Shown: positions 43,612-55,854, counted from the first letter of the whole stretch. The stretch is DNA of 62,900 nt, filler included, from Octopus bimaculoides (GCF_001194135.2; 3 parts of 2 records of this genome joined end to end with filler, not necessarily neighbours in it); one strand, 5' to 3'. Program-made: numbers and translations. The notes: generated by a model from the sequence alone, not told the origin.

Positions 43612-43875
43612 TTACGAAGATGTTAACAGAGGTTTTGGTTGAATGTTTAAAAGAGGTGAAATGTTGTATCCAAAAGGGAAATCAAAACTGTTCACTCTGT
43701 TAACAACAAATATAGGTTTATACGAAACGTCAGCCATACTGTCAAACTGTTTCTGCTCTTTCTGCAAATATTTACTTCTCTTTCTAGCGCTGTGTTTCCT
43801 TTTGCCGATGGTATCGTTGTTGCTGTTATTGTTGTTTTCGTTAAAATTATTTGCCGTTTCCTTGTTTGAATTTTT
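43612..43875 (-). CDS. Candidate terminal exon, 87 aa (KNSNKETANN...KRKHSARKRSKYLQKEQKQF...LLTSS*)
   Basis: Part of a long non-microsatellite ORF (43612-43959), with acceptor cctgatttctcaatacag and a basic NLS-like stretch. No domain recognised. Confidence 0.3.
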   Translation of the reverse strand, partial: KNSNKETANNFNENNNNSNNDTIGKRKHSARKRSKYLQKEQKQFDSMADVSYKPIFVVNRVNSFDFPFGYNISPLLNIQPKPLLTSS

Positions 43876-44133
43876 CTGTATTGAGAAATCAGGAATAGAC
43901 ATTTCCAGTGTATAGACTTTCCCAGTGTATATACATTCATCAAACATTACCGGACACAAGCAAACATTTACAAATCAATAGTAAACTCGCTTGTTTTATT
44001 GACAGACGATAAAGAAGTTTGTCTCGAATACAGTAGCGCCCTCTCTAATTTCCCTTCACTCTTCATTTAGACTTTTTTTCATTCTACTTCAATAATCATT
44101 TAACTAAGTTTCAACGAATAAACACACACACAC

Positions 44134-44171
<38 letters not shown>

Positions 44172-44186
44172 TATAATATTATATAT

Positions 44187-44217
<31 letters not shown>

Positions 44218-44228
44218 AAGAGAGATAA

Positions 44229-44314
<86 letters not shown>

Positions 44315-44917
44315 GATAAAATATAATATATATTCATATATATGGGCATTTATGTATATATTTACACACATGCATATTACATAAATCTACTCATACAAAC
44401 ACGTGTGTGTATGTGTGTTTGTGTGCGCTATGTGGTTTGTGAGTGTATATGTGTATATATATATGTGTGTATGCGTATATGTATGCGACAGAGAGGAGAA
44501 AACGGAAAGTAGGTGAGGAAGATGAATTTCATAGGAAATCTTTATAAGTTGTTTGAGATGAAGTATTTTTACAGCAGTTTATTGTATTTCAGCCTCCAAC
44601 GTCTTTTCACTGATTCCACAACTTTCATCAAGTTTGTGGAGCATAAATAAATAAATAACAACACGTCAATAACAAAATAAACAACAACACGATAAACAAC
44701 AACAAGATAAACAACAACAATGCCACTGACCAGGCACAAGGCCAACTTCTGTATAGAGAGAGAGTCTGAGGTGCATTAAATCGAACTCCCGATTCTTATT
44801 TATTTATTGACTCAACCAGTTTTCTTTGTAAGAATGTGCTAATTGTAACGATCACCTACTTTCTCAGGAACCATTAAATGTTGTTGTTGTTGTTGTCACC
44901 GTCGTCGTTGTTGTTGT

Positions 44918-45100
44918 TGTTTAGTCCCAGGTCAATCTGATCCAACAGACTTAACAACGATTTTCCGAAAGTTCCATTCTGTATATCGGGGACTTCATTT
45001 TTCGATCTGTCTTTCTTCAAAAGCATAGGGTGTGGCCCGAAGGAGATTTAGTAGCTATTATTTCTAACAGGCTAGCAACCTCATAGAATCTCCCTCGTTG
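44918..45100 (+). mobile_element. Dispersed repeat family C (SINE-like, unclassified)
   Basis: ccaggtca.....gat...ggagatttagtagctatt.tttctaacag motifs recur at 42432-42640, 60040-60230, 32200-32250, 20395-20480 and, in reverse complement, at 205-250, 28830-28900 and 59545-59670. Confidence 0.65.
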
Positions 45101-45348
45101 TCTGGACCAGTCGTATGTTTTAATGAAGTCAACTCTTTAAAAGATTTACTTCCCTCAGTCACATACCGAGTTGAACCAAGGCTTAGTTGCTCTCTGTTCA
45201 TAAAAGTGGAGTTTCACAAGACTGTGTGGATGACGCCTATGCAGGAAAGATCATCGCTTCTCTTGAAAACTTCGAGTTTATCTAACATTTATCATCAGCA
45301 ACACTTGTACTCGCACGTAAATGGAAATCTCCGAACAAGACGACCCAC

Positions 45349-45420
45349 CTGTTTTCACAATCCGCCTCTCATTTTTCTTCTCGTAAAACGGGAACTTCCG
45401 GTAATATCCCGACGCCATCG
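45349..45420 (-). CDS. Candidate short exon (MASGYYRKFPFYEKKNERRIVKT) overlapping ETS- and YY1-like motifs
   Basis: ATG at 45418 in cgATGGCG context, donor ACAG|GTGGGT, CCGGAAGT at 45394-45401, in a CpG-richer island. Confidence 0.3.
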
Positions 45421-45932
45421 CTGACAGTTGTATTCTTTCAATTCTTCAGTGCGCTAAACTTCGTTTTTGTTTCACACATTCTTCCTTTAGAAGATTAACT
45501 CCTCTAAAACCTTCACTGATCGATAATCTTTCCTACATTTACATCATCTACAGTCTTGTCAAACTCTGCTTGCTTAAAAGAGATTTATAAGGATCCGAAT
45601 CCGAAACTCATTTGACCTCGCTAATTACTTACCTACCTACCTACCTACCTACCTACCTACCTATTTATATACATAAACCCACCGACTTATCTACCTGCCC
45701 TACCACCCGCCGACATGCCATCTGTCTTTATATCTCTCTGTCTATCGCATGTTTAATTCACTAAAGTCAGCAGCTGTGAAGAATTACTTGTTGTATAAAC
45801 GTTTCTTTTTGTCTTAACTGAATTCTTTAAACAAAAAATGTTCCATCATAACATATTTAGATAACCTTTAGAATTGTAATGTTACATGTTGACTTTCAGA
45901 AAAGTCTTGCATATTTTTACTGTTCCACTTAC

Positions 45933-45992
45933 AGAGTGGATTTTCAGAACATTTCAAAGATTGTTTCTTTAGCTTTACCAGCATCTTATTAA
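45933..45992 (-). CDS. Candidate symmetric 60-nt exon, phase 1-1 (xNKMLVKLKKQSLKCSENPL)
   Basis: Acceptor ttggtgcatttccttcag and donor GTAAGT. Only one of the three frames is open. Confidence 0.4.
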
Positions 45993-47124
45993 CTGAAGGA
46001 AATGCACCAATAAATGTGTGTGTGTTTGTGTGTGTGTGTGTGCGCGCGCGCGCGTGCACGCGTGTATGTGTGTGTGTGAATCTATCTATTGACTACCGAT
46101 CTTATTAACCTAACCAAACGCACCAAAAATTATTGGTCTGTTTTGTTGTTTTTTTCTGTGTAAGTGTGTATATCGATATCTATCCATTTATCTATCTAAT
46201 AATTTTATATCTGTCTGTGTATATATGTGTGTCTGTGTCTGTGTGTGTGCATACATCACTTTCTGTATATCTGCATATAACTTACAAGTGTATATACATA
46301 ATTAGGAATGAAGTACGTATGCATATAACCACGTTTTGTTAGTATGCATACATGTATATATATATATATATATANNNNNNNNNNATATATGTATATATGT
46401 ATGTATGTATGTATATGTACGTTTATAGGTTTTTATATATACGTTTTTATGTATGTATATACCTATGTATGTGTGTGTGTAAGTATTATATACCGATGTG
46501 TGGTGTATGTATATAACTGTGTATGAATGTGTATCTTTTTGATAGCAAGTAGATTAAAAATTCTTATCTTGCTTCAGCGTCTTATCCGCTTTACCAAACT
46601 TTCTTCTACAAACCAACCGCCGCCATCCATTCACCCAGGAACCATGCCAATATCTTTCTTATCTTGCAGAAACACTTCAGACTTTTACAGATTACAGTGC
46701 AACCTCTCTCGATCTACCAAATACATTTTCTCTGCGCGAAACATAAGATGATAAATAACTCCTGACTGTCATGCTAAGAAAGATGTTAGGTTTTTATAAG
46801 GCTCCATAGTGTGACCTTTGACCTATTATGTCACATGTTGATGTTTCATTGTAAAAGACCTTCACAATCACTGATTTTCTGATTTTACCTTTTTCTTTGA
46901 AAGACGACGAAATTTGAAAAACATCAAATTAGTTCCATCTTGGACAGCGTCAAATCAAACGCATGACCAAAAACGAGATTTATTTTGAATGAATTGGAGG
47001 CAAGTGAGCACGGTTTTGATCTACAGAGACATGGGTTACGAGATCAAATCTATCGCAGGCGTTCTGTTGCGCCTTCGCGTATACTATATAATTCGAGAGA
47101 TTTCAGTTGGAACAATAATAATAA

Positions 47125-47183
<59 letters not shown>

Positions 47184-48242
47184 TACAAGAAATGATTAAG
47201 AGACACTCCAGCGCTGCCCATCCGGTCTATGTTTTCAGATTTAGTGTATCTGGAAGTACGTTGCTTAATATGTTGTACGAAACATTCCCATTATTTAAAT
47301 ATATAATATTTGGTACTTCATTATATAATTAATTAACCTAGCGGCAAGCAAGAACTCTTTATGCAAATCGGAGTTTACAATTTGGTGGAATTCTCATTCA
47401 CTTTAACTATATATGCAATTTTTCTGTGAACGGCCAAAGGACAGTGTCCTATAACCAGTTGGGCTGAAATCTTTTTTTTTTTTCCTATGAAGAAATTGTT
47501 TTTTGAAAACCGCAACCATATTTAGTGTTTCTGTTCACATACCGCCATAACGACGAATAAACATGCAGTAGTTATATATACACTGCATGGTGTGTATTAC
47601 TTAACGTATTTTTCCTTTCTTAAATGATAGCATATTATTTGATGGAGATTTATATTACCATCAGGTCGATCGACCATGTGGAAGAGACTTCGTTATTTCG
47701 AGCCTATCATGTGACGTTCAGATCAGTTTAAATAGCAACATATTTGGAGAAATAACTTCACAATTCCATCCCAGACTCCATGTATCTAGACTTAATATTT
47801 TACACCGCCATATTTATCACGGAGTTAACAAGAACATTAGTAATCTTTTATTTATTTTAAACTCTTTATTGGCAATTTTAGAAGCATTTCCGTATCTTCG
47901 TTGCTTAATATTCTTTCCATTCATTTCTCTATCTTCGTTTCTTTCTTTTTATATTTCTTTTTGTTTCCGTCCATTCCCACTCCCATCTAAGCCATTCTAG
48001 GCAAGGTTTATATTCTAACTCCAGTATTATCCGTTATTCCCGATATATTTCTCTTAATTTAGTTCAGAGTAGCTGTTTCTTCCGGAAGTCAGAATCCCAC
48101 CTCCACATGCCGCCTAACAAACAAAATACCCTTAAAACTACTTACAAACTCTCATTACATTTCCAATCGCTACTTGATTATAAAATTTGCTACTCAAATT
48201 GTTGCCAGTATCGATCTTATCTACTATATATATATATATATG

Positions 48243-48298
<56 letters not shown>

Positions 48299-48342
48299 NN
48301 NNNNNNNNTGTTTGTATTGTTAGTACAGTATATGTGTGTATA

Positions 48343-48374
<32 letters not shown>

Positions 48375-49004
48375 AGTATATATATATATATAGCCAAACA
48401 TACCTAAGCAAAACGAATTCTATTGAACGTGGTATTGCTTGTAGCCATTTTGGTAACGTAACTGTTCCAATATATTATAGCAAGGCAAAGACTAATAAAT
48501 AAACATATAAAGGAATAAATAAATGGCTGCTGTCCGGTCTATACAATATGAACATTTTGCCTATACCTTTCTGGAGCTAATTATATTCCTTCTTGCTTAC
48601 GAATTTCACTTATGAAGCAATAAATGGCCTATTTCATTTCTCACCACTTTTTTCCCCACCTCCATATTCATTTTCGTTATTTAACAAATAACTAAACAGC
48701 TTGTAGTTGCTGTCGTCTGCTTCTTTGAATACGAGTGAGCCAATATGTCAGCAATGAATTCAACATTGCCATCGTGTTAATACAGTAATAGCACTTACGC
48801 TAATGTCTTATTTCTAGTTTTGTTATTTATGCTGCTTGTAATTACATAAGTATCAGACTATTGTATATATTAGTACACTTCACAGGCGAGGCAATGTGTA
48901 AATATATAGATATAGATAGATTCATACGTATGTATGTATGTATGTATGTATGTATGTATGTATGTATGTATGTATGTATGCGTGTGTGTGTGTGTCTGCG
49001 TGTG

Positions 49005-49049
<45 letters not shown>

Positions 49050-49394
49050 GTGGCTCGCGACCCAGTTTCAATTCCTAATCCAAGACAATATTGTATTCTG
49101 TCGTTTTTACGGATATCAATACACTTGCTTCAGTTCCTTCAGAAAATCGTAGCACTAATCCGTGATTAAAGAATCGATACACAAACCATGTGGATTCCAT
49201 CGGTCTGGTAGAGTCTGAGAAGGACATAAACACAAATCCTTCACCTTCCAGACCCAAATATCAAAGAAAACTGATACACCATTTCATAGATATATCATGT
49301 AATACATATACCGTTTAATAAAGATGTACCAATTTGATATCGATATGCCATTTAACTGATATACCATATAATATTTGTACCATTTAGCAATGAA

Positions 49395-49582
49395 TTGGCA
49401 CTCCGTCGGTTCCGACGAGGTGGGTTCGAGTTAATCCGGTCAAGAGAACATTCTGCTCGTGAAATGAAAGTGCCAGTGGGCTAAGAACTTTTCGTAGTCC
49501 TCAGAGATATTCGGCGTGACACAGAATGTGACAAGGCTGGCCCCTTTGAATTACAGGTACACCTCATTTTTGCCAGCTGAGT
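49395..49582 (-). mobile_element. SINE family D, 3' half
   Basis: ggcactccgtcggtt.cgacga...gtgacacaga.tgtgacaaggctggcccctttgaattacaggtac..ctcatttttgccagctgag. Overlaps in sequence with the copies at 21210-21308 and 57125-57200. Confidence 0.8.
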
Positions 49583-49968
49583 TCCAGCTATGATCATCCA
49601 GCTATGACGTTCCAGCTATGATCATCCTGTCCTTTTTTTATATTCAAGACCACACAGTCCAACGTTTCTGTTCCTCTTCAATTGATATATTAATGTTGGA
49701 ATTGAGAGAGTATGGCTATTCTTTCTAGCAGGTCTAGCACCGACTTAGAGACACCCCTCTCCGAATGTCCGGTGAAACTCCTGACCAAAACAAAACAAGT
49801 TTTGAAGCATAAAGTTATAATTGCTGTTTTGAAATAAAGTGGCTTCAAGCAATCTGGGTGTGTCTCGCCTGAGGTGAAATCTGTGATTCGTGCAAGAAAT
49901 TCGGAGTCACACACACCGCCACATAAACCTTTAAACCTTCTAAGGTTACAGACACTCACACACGTCAT

Positions 49969-50021
<53 letters not shown>

Positions 50022-51892
50022 TATATATATGCACACTAGATGTAAATATAACATCGAGACAAATGTAACAATAAAACCGAAAATGACGGTCCATAACGAA
50101 ATTAGAAAGCGATCGATCGATAATGTACATAAAACTCGAAGTGAACAGCGACGACGAACACATGTAAGAGAGTAAGTAAATGTCCTGCTGTGTTTTGGTG
50201 TCGGTGGCGGCGGCGGCGGCGGCGTCGGTGGTGGTGGTGGTAAGAGCGGTCACAAGGAGAGAAGGTGCAATAGTGTCGCTAGAGATGGGTTGGACGGGGA
50301 TGGGGGTGAGAAAGACACTGATGAATGAAAGTAGACAGAAAGATCAGAGAAGTCATTACAGAACAGTCTTTAGGCTTTGTACGGATTAGCAATGGTCTTA
50401 ATATTATTGGGTTTCTTTTAATCAGTAACCAAAGTAGTTTATTATGAAATCAATGGGAAGAATAAAGTCGCACAACTGGTTCTTTATTCAAAGGGATTAC
50501 CAACGCTAGTTTAAGCAATAGGGTTGAACGAAGGCCCAAAACCGCAGCCAAATCCCCTTCTAATCACTTCCTGACGACTTTAAAGATAAGAATTAGTTAC
50601 AAAATAATATTATTCTAGTTAGATGTTGGTAGTCAGGATTGGATGTGGTAGTCAGGGTTGGAACGCCTTTGATGGTAGAAATATTCGATCAAAGCTGACC
50701 TCGACGAGATTTGAGCTCAGAACGTACCGTGCCGGAAGAAATACCACTAAACATTTAGTCTGATGCTGTAGCAACTGCCATAATAATAAATACTATGGAA
50801 GCACCAAAGGGCAATTAGATACATTCCTCTGCATTCTAAGACAATGTTATTAACCATTTACGATATGAGATTGCCTAATTAGTATTGAGCAAATTACGCC
50901 TTCATAATTCCTTTTCCCAGATTGTAGAAATCCTCATCTTCACTGGTTCTATAAGTTAGGGGCCAGAATGACGTGGAAAGGGATCAATAAATTGGTTTGA
51001 CATTTGGGTAACCAAGAACAGAAGAGGGTAAAATTCCTATGGATTTTGTCCTAGTAGCACTTTGATATATTTATTTGTGGAAAATGATACGAAAGATAGA
51101 GTACCATACATTGGTTTCCGTACCCCCAGGCTGTATGGCTACTCCCTGGGGCTATTAACTGGCTACTCCCAGTTAAGAACATGTGCTCTAAGATAAATTC
51201 ATTTCACAAATAAGATAAAGCCAAAATAGAAGAGTAGAAGACATTGCAATAATAAATGGGAAAACTGAAGAACGTCGTAGAATTCTTAAGAACTGAACTT
51301 GGTACAATGTTGTCAATCTATTCCTTTCAGTTGGTTTTCGCGAAGAATTGAAGGAAAATAAGATTAAATCTAAGACGGTCTTTCATAGTAAATCTAATTT
51401 ACCTATTTCTGTACCTGGCCTTCGGGGAAAACAGGTGAAAAGACAATTAGTTTAGGTAATTTACAGACAAATTTCAAATGTTCTGCCCAACTCTCAATGG
51501 CGACACACTTGTTTGTGGTTGCTGCTACTGTTACTGCTACTGCTGCTGCTGCTGCTGCTGCTAATGTTGCTGCAGCAAGTCGTTATTGATGAATCTCCTA
51601 CTAATGATGATGATGGTGATAGTGGTGGTGGTGGTGGTGGTGATGATGATGATGATGATGATAGCGACATTGTTGTTCTACTTCTTGTTACTGTCATTGT
51701 TCAATAATTTGTTGTTATGTTTATACATCTTCGTTATATCTACACCTTGAATATGCTGTTATCGTGTGTAGTGTTTTCCCGCCGCCGCCACCNNNNNNNN
51801 NNNNNNNNNNNNNNNNNNNNNNNNNNNNNNNNNNNNTTAATTAATTAANNNNNNNNNNNNNNNNNNNNNNNNNNNNNNNNNNNNNNNNNNNN

Positions 51893-52275
51893 TTTATTTC
51901 ATGTAAAAAATTGTCTTATTTCGATAATTTCAACCAATCACTGACAAGTATTCAGTTGTTTACATTTACTCCTTTGGCTGATTAAGCCATAGCTTCGTTT
52001 TATTTGCTTTTTTCTTTTTAAATTTGCTGTTTTACCCTAACCCTAACCCTAACCCTATCACCGATAGAATTGTTTCAGAATCGTTTGTTTATGTAGTCGG
52101 CACTTAATGTATATCGGCTGAATGGACGTCAGTGATTGGTTGAAATTACAGAAATACGACAACTTTAACATGGAATAACTTAGGGATTTCTTTTTTTTTT
52201 TAAGAAGACTAAGAGAAAAAGATGTTTTATATGACACATTCTACCAGTGTCCCAAGTTTCAAAGTGTTTCGTTAA
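51893..52275. mobile_element. Non-autonomous element with ~53-bp internal inverted repeats and internal (CCCTAA)n
   Basis: Arms at 51893-51945 and 52128-52180 are reverse-complementary (aatttcaaccaatcactgac / gtcagtgattggttgaaatt). ccctaa repeats lie at 52035-52057. The left end is lost in a gap. Confidence 0.7.
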
Positions 52276-53829
52276 TGAAAAATGTGGCCCCCGTTTTAAA
52301 AAAGATCCAATGTTATTTATACATTATCATTTATTCATTGTGATTTATTCATTATCATTTATTAATCATCATCTGCTTATTATCATTCATTGTCATTATA
52401 TTATCATTTATTCATTATTGTTTATTCATATTCATTTATTCATTATTGTTTATTCATATTCATTTATTTGTTATTCAATTATTCCTTACCCATAAATTCA
52501 TCGCCTAATGAACGCAGACATTGAACTATTTTCTTAAAGGTCATTAGGTACAAGTCCGCTACTAACATTATTCTGCCTGGATTTTGTTCGTCGTCTGTCT
52601 CTGGGTAATAGATCTCCGAACAAAGGGGCAAATTGGTAGAGTTGTTAAAGTGCTGGATAGAATATCTCGAAGTATTTTTTCCAATATTCTGCGCTCTAAG
52701 TTCAAATATCGCAACATTAGCTTTGTCTTTCATCCCTTTTGGAGTCGATACAAAAATGTACCAATCCAGAGGAAGGTGAGCTGACGGAACTGTTCCCGTT
52801 CTTTATGTTCTGGCGGCAACGTCCGTGATAATACTGGTTTCACTGTGAACCAACAAAAGTCGGCATTCTTTCTATTGGATGAACATTGGTGCCATGGGGA
52901 TATGCGACTTGCATATATGGAGAAACAGCTAGTTTTCCTCAAAACACTTTGCCCAGCCCTTCACTTACATGTACAGATGAATGGGTCACCCTTGACCAAA
53001 GGAAGCTCCTTATAGTTACCTGATCAATCTAATCCATCTTTAGGCTAATATTCATCTGGATCATCTGGATATACCATACTGTTGTATCTGGAATTTAATT
53101 CTGTAACAACTAAATAATTATTGCGTTTATTATATTCTGTTGTTGCATAAATACGCAACTAAGGCCTGTTGGAAAAAATGCGAAACTTCATGTTGTGAAT
53201 AACAATCTCTTGATACCGTCACTTTCTATGGCCGGTTTCCTTATAGTAGTCAGCCATGTCAAAAGTGTGTGGAAGGAGGGAGGTAAAGAGATCAAGGATC
53301 GCGTGGAAGACTCTTGTTGAAATATGCACAAATATTAAAACGAAAATTTAAAATATTAGCAGTGCTATGCTATATAAAATATCAACATCCTGTAGGATAT
53401 AGGACACATAAGAAAACATAAGGAAACTTAATAAGAAAAATATCAGAAAGACAATAAAAAACATTAGAAATATAAACTATATCCGAATTATATTAGAAAG
53501 AACATCCAGCTACTGCATGTTAGGGGAAACACTTATATGTGAGATTAAAGTAACCTATTATTGGGGAGGTAATAATGAACTCCATATGGTGTAAATGATC
53601 GAAAGCGGAGACGGAGGATAGAACCGGAAGAGCATAATTTTAGTCCACACGCGGTGGGGTACGTTGGATGTAGGCTCTGACAAATGTTCTCTAAATGAAC
53701 TAAACAGTGGTTTACTTTGAGAGAATCAGGATTTCGAGATCGGTGTTAAAAGTTCCAGGTCCTAAGGTTTAAGTTAAAGGAGATAAGGTAGTCCCCTAGG
53801 GGAAATGGTGAAGCACGTGAAATTTTCCC

Positions 53830-54350
53830 TTAAGTCCCATTGTATTTATGCGGATTTCTTATGAAAATGTATTAACGTTTGCCAACATGATTATCCCTGG
53901 TGTTTATGATTTCGGGTGCCTCCATGAAGCACAGGTTGCACTCACCACCTCCGCCCATATAAGGAGAAGCAGTTCTCACCACAGATCAAAAGATCCCGTA
54001 TGGTCTTTTTTTCCGGAATTTCAAGTCCCATACCAGTTCAGCCAGAGATGTAAATTTGTGCTTAGTCGGTTTCTTAAAAGACTGGACACGGAAGTAAAAT
54101 CTCCGTTTAAACTGAGACGATGTGACCCTTATATAGTGAAAGGCTTCTGTATTAGTCGAAACAGTGCCCTTATAAATTATGGTCTTTCTAAGGCACTGAT
54201 TAACTGCCGGGCATTTCGAAAGGATTTTATATGGAATGTGGGGTAACTCATTGGACGGAGTTTCATTAAGTCTCCAGTTCCACCTAAGTTCTGCGCCAAC
54301 GACTGTATGATGAAGTACGATAATTTAACAGTGCATCCGTTAAATATTTT
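53830..54350 (-). mobile_element. Penelope-like retroelement remnant: GIY-YIG endonuclease C-terminus, decayed
   Basis: One frame (54240 to 53830) reads KCPAVNQCLRKTIIYKGTVST...HYIRVTSSQFKRRFY...FTSLAELVWDLK...IF*SVVRTASPY.GGGECNLCFME...RNPHKY. This fits the CPLxGxC-IVY...YIG...CNLC...CRH pattern of PLE endonucleases. Two internal stops. Confidence 0.85.
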
Positions 54351-54403
54351 GTGTTATCTATGTATAAGTGTATGTATGTGTATAGATAGATAGATAGATA
54401 GAC

Positions 54404-54464
<61 letters not shown>

Positions 54465-54857
54465 TTATAAAGTTTCGGCTTTGCAGTCTTCAATAAACAG
54501 TAGATAGCCGAAACTTCGAATTAACTGTCAACTGTACGCATATAAAAATATGTTAAACATGTCACTCTACTGACTCATACAACGATCTTTCAAGTTAATA
54601 CTTATTTTTTTATCTATACAGCTTTACATAAAATGAAACGTTTGTATGTGTGTTTGTGTCTGTATTACAATATGTATTGCGTAAATGAGTGTGTGAGGAT
54701 GTGTATGTGTGTGCGTATGTGTGTGTGTATGTGCGTGCGTATACTACAAACCTTCTTTGAAGATCTTAATTGGCAAGCGTTTTAAAAGCCAATGATAATT
54801 ATATAATACAATATTACACACATACACACACACACACACACAGACACACACACACAG

Positions 54858-55063
54858 ATTCTTTTACTTGTTTCAGTCATTTGACTGCTGTCATGCTGGA
54901 GCACCGCCTTTAGGCGAGCAAATCAACCCCAGGACTTATTCTTTGCAAGCCTAGTACTTAATCTATCGGTCTCTTTTGCCGAGCTGCTAATTTACGGGGA
55001 CGTAAACACAGCAACATCGCTTGTCAAACGATGGTGGTGGGGACAAACACAGACCACAAACAT
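54858..55063 (-). mobile_element. SINE family A, 3' half
   Basis: Reverse complement matches 61470-61690 closely. Confidence 0.9.
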
Positions 55064-55135
55064 ATACATATATACATACATTACATACATATTTTCTATT
55101 TTTTTCTATTTTCTCTCCTTTTTATTTTCTCTCCC

Positions 55136-55259
55136 TGTTTATTTCTGTGTTCCTTTCTGTCGAAGAGCGTAGGCTCGAAACGTAAAAGACTTTCTCACTT
55201 CCCGAGTGTTAAACTAATACATCTGTTTGTTTACATACTCGTCTTCGTCTTTTGTTTTT
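55136..55259 (+). mobile_element. Hammerhead-motif dispersed repeat, copy 2
   Basis: cttt-CTGTCGA-A-GAGC(GTAG)GCTC-GAA-ACGT-A-aaag at 55153-55188. Homologous to 5400-5520. Confidence 0.65.
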
Positions 55260-55854
55260 NNNNNNNNNNNNNNNNNNNNNNNNNNNNNNNNNNNNNNNNN
55301 NNNNNNNNNNNNNNNNNNNNNNNNNNNNNNNNNNNNNNNNNNNNNNNNNNNNNNNNNNNNNNNNNNNNNNNNNNNNNNNNNNNNNNNNNNNNNNNNNNNN
55401 NNNNNNNNNNNNNNNNNNNNNNNNNNNNNNNNNNNNNNNNNNNNNNNNNNNNNNNNNNNNNNNNNNNNNNNNNNNNNNNNNNNNNNNNNNNNNNNNNNNN
55501 NNNNNNNNNNNNNNNNNNNNNNNNNNNNNNNNNNNNNNNNNNNNNNNNNNNNNNNNNNNNNNNNNNNNNNNNNNNNNNNNNNNNNNNNNNNGCATATTCT
55601 AAATATCTTAATTAGTATTAAGTTTCAGAAGACAATAATGAAGATTACAAACAAGCCAAAATTAGTTTCTTTAACGTAACGTTTTTTTTTTTTCAGTCTG
55701 TTTTAGGCAGCGCGACCATGCCCATACTGGAGCAGAACCTTCAAAGTAATAATAATGTTCGATGTATGTTTAAAACTCATTGATTGTGCCGTCACTTATA
55801 TTGTACCGGAACACTATTTGTTACTTTGTTTTTACCGTTTCCTTTCTCTTGTAG

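Noticed and set aside
52035-52057. CCCTAA repeats as a true telomere or fusion scar
   Set aside because: There are only about four units, and they sit inside an inverted-repeat element.
52815-53000. Possible CR1/Jockey-like reverse-transcriptase C-terminal fragment (FTVNQQKS...MNGSPLTKGSSL)
   Set aside because: The resemblance is too weak to call by eye. It needs a profile search against LINE ORF2 models.
53985-53990. In-frame TGA in the Penelope-like endonuclease as selenocysteine
   Set aside because: It falls where related proteins have a conserved Trp (TGG to TGA), not Cys. A TAA stop also interrupts the frame, which indicates decay.
53848-54246. 132-aa plus-strand ORF as a gene
   Set aside because: It is the antisense shadow of the Penelope-like endonuclease frame.
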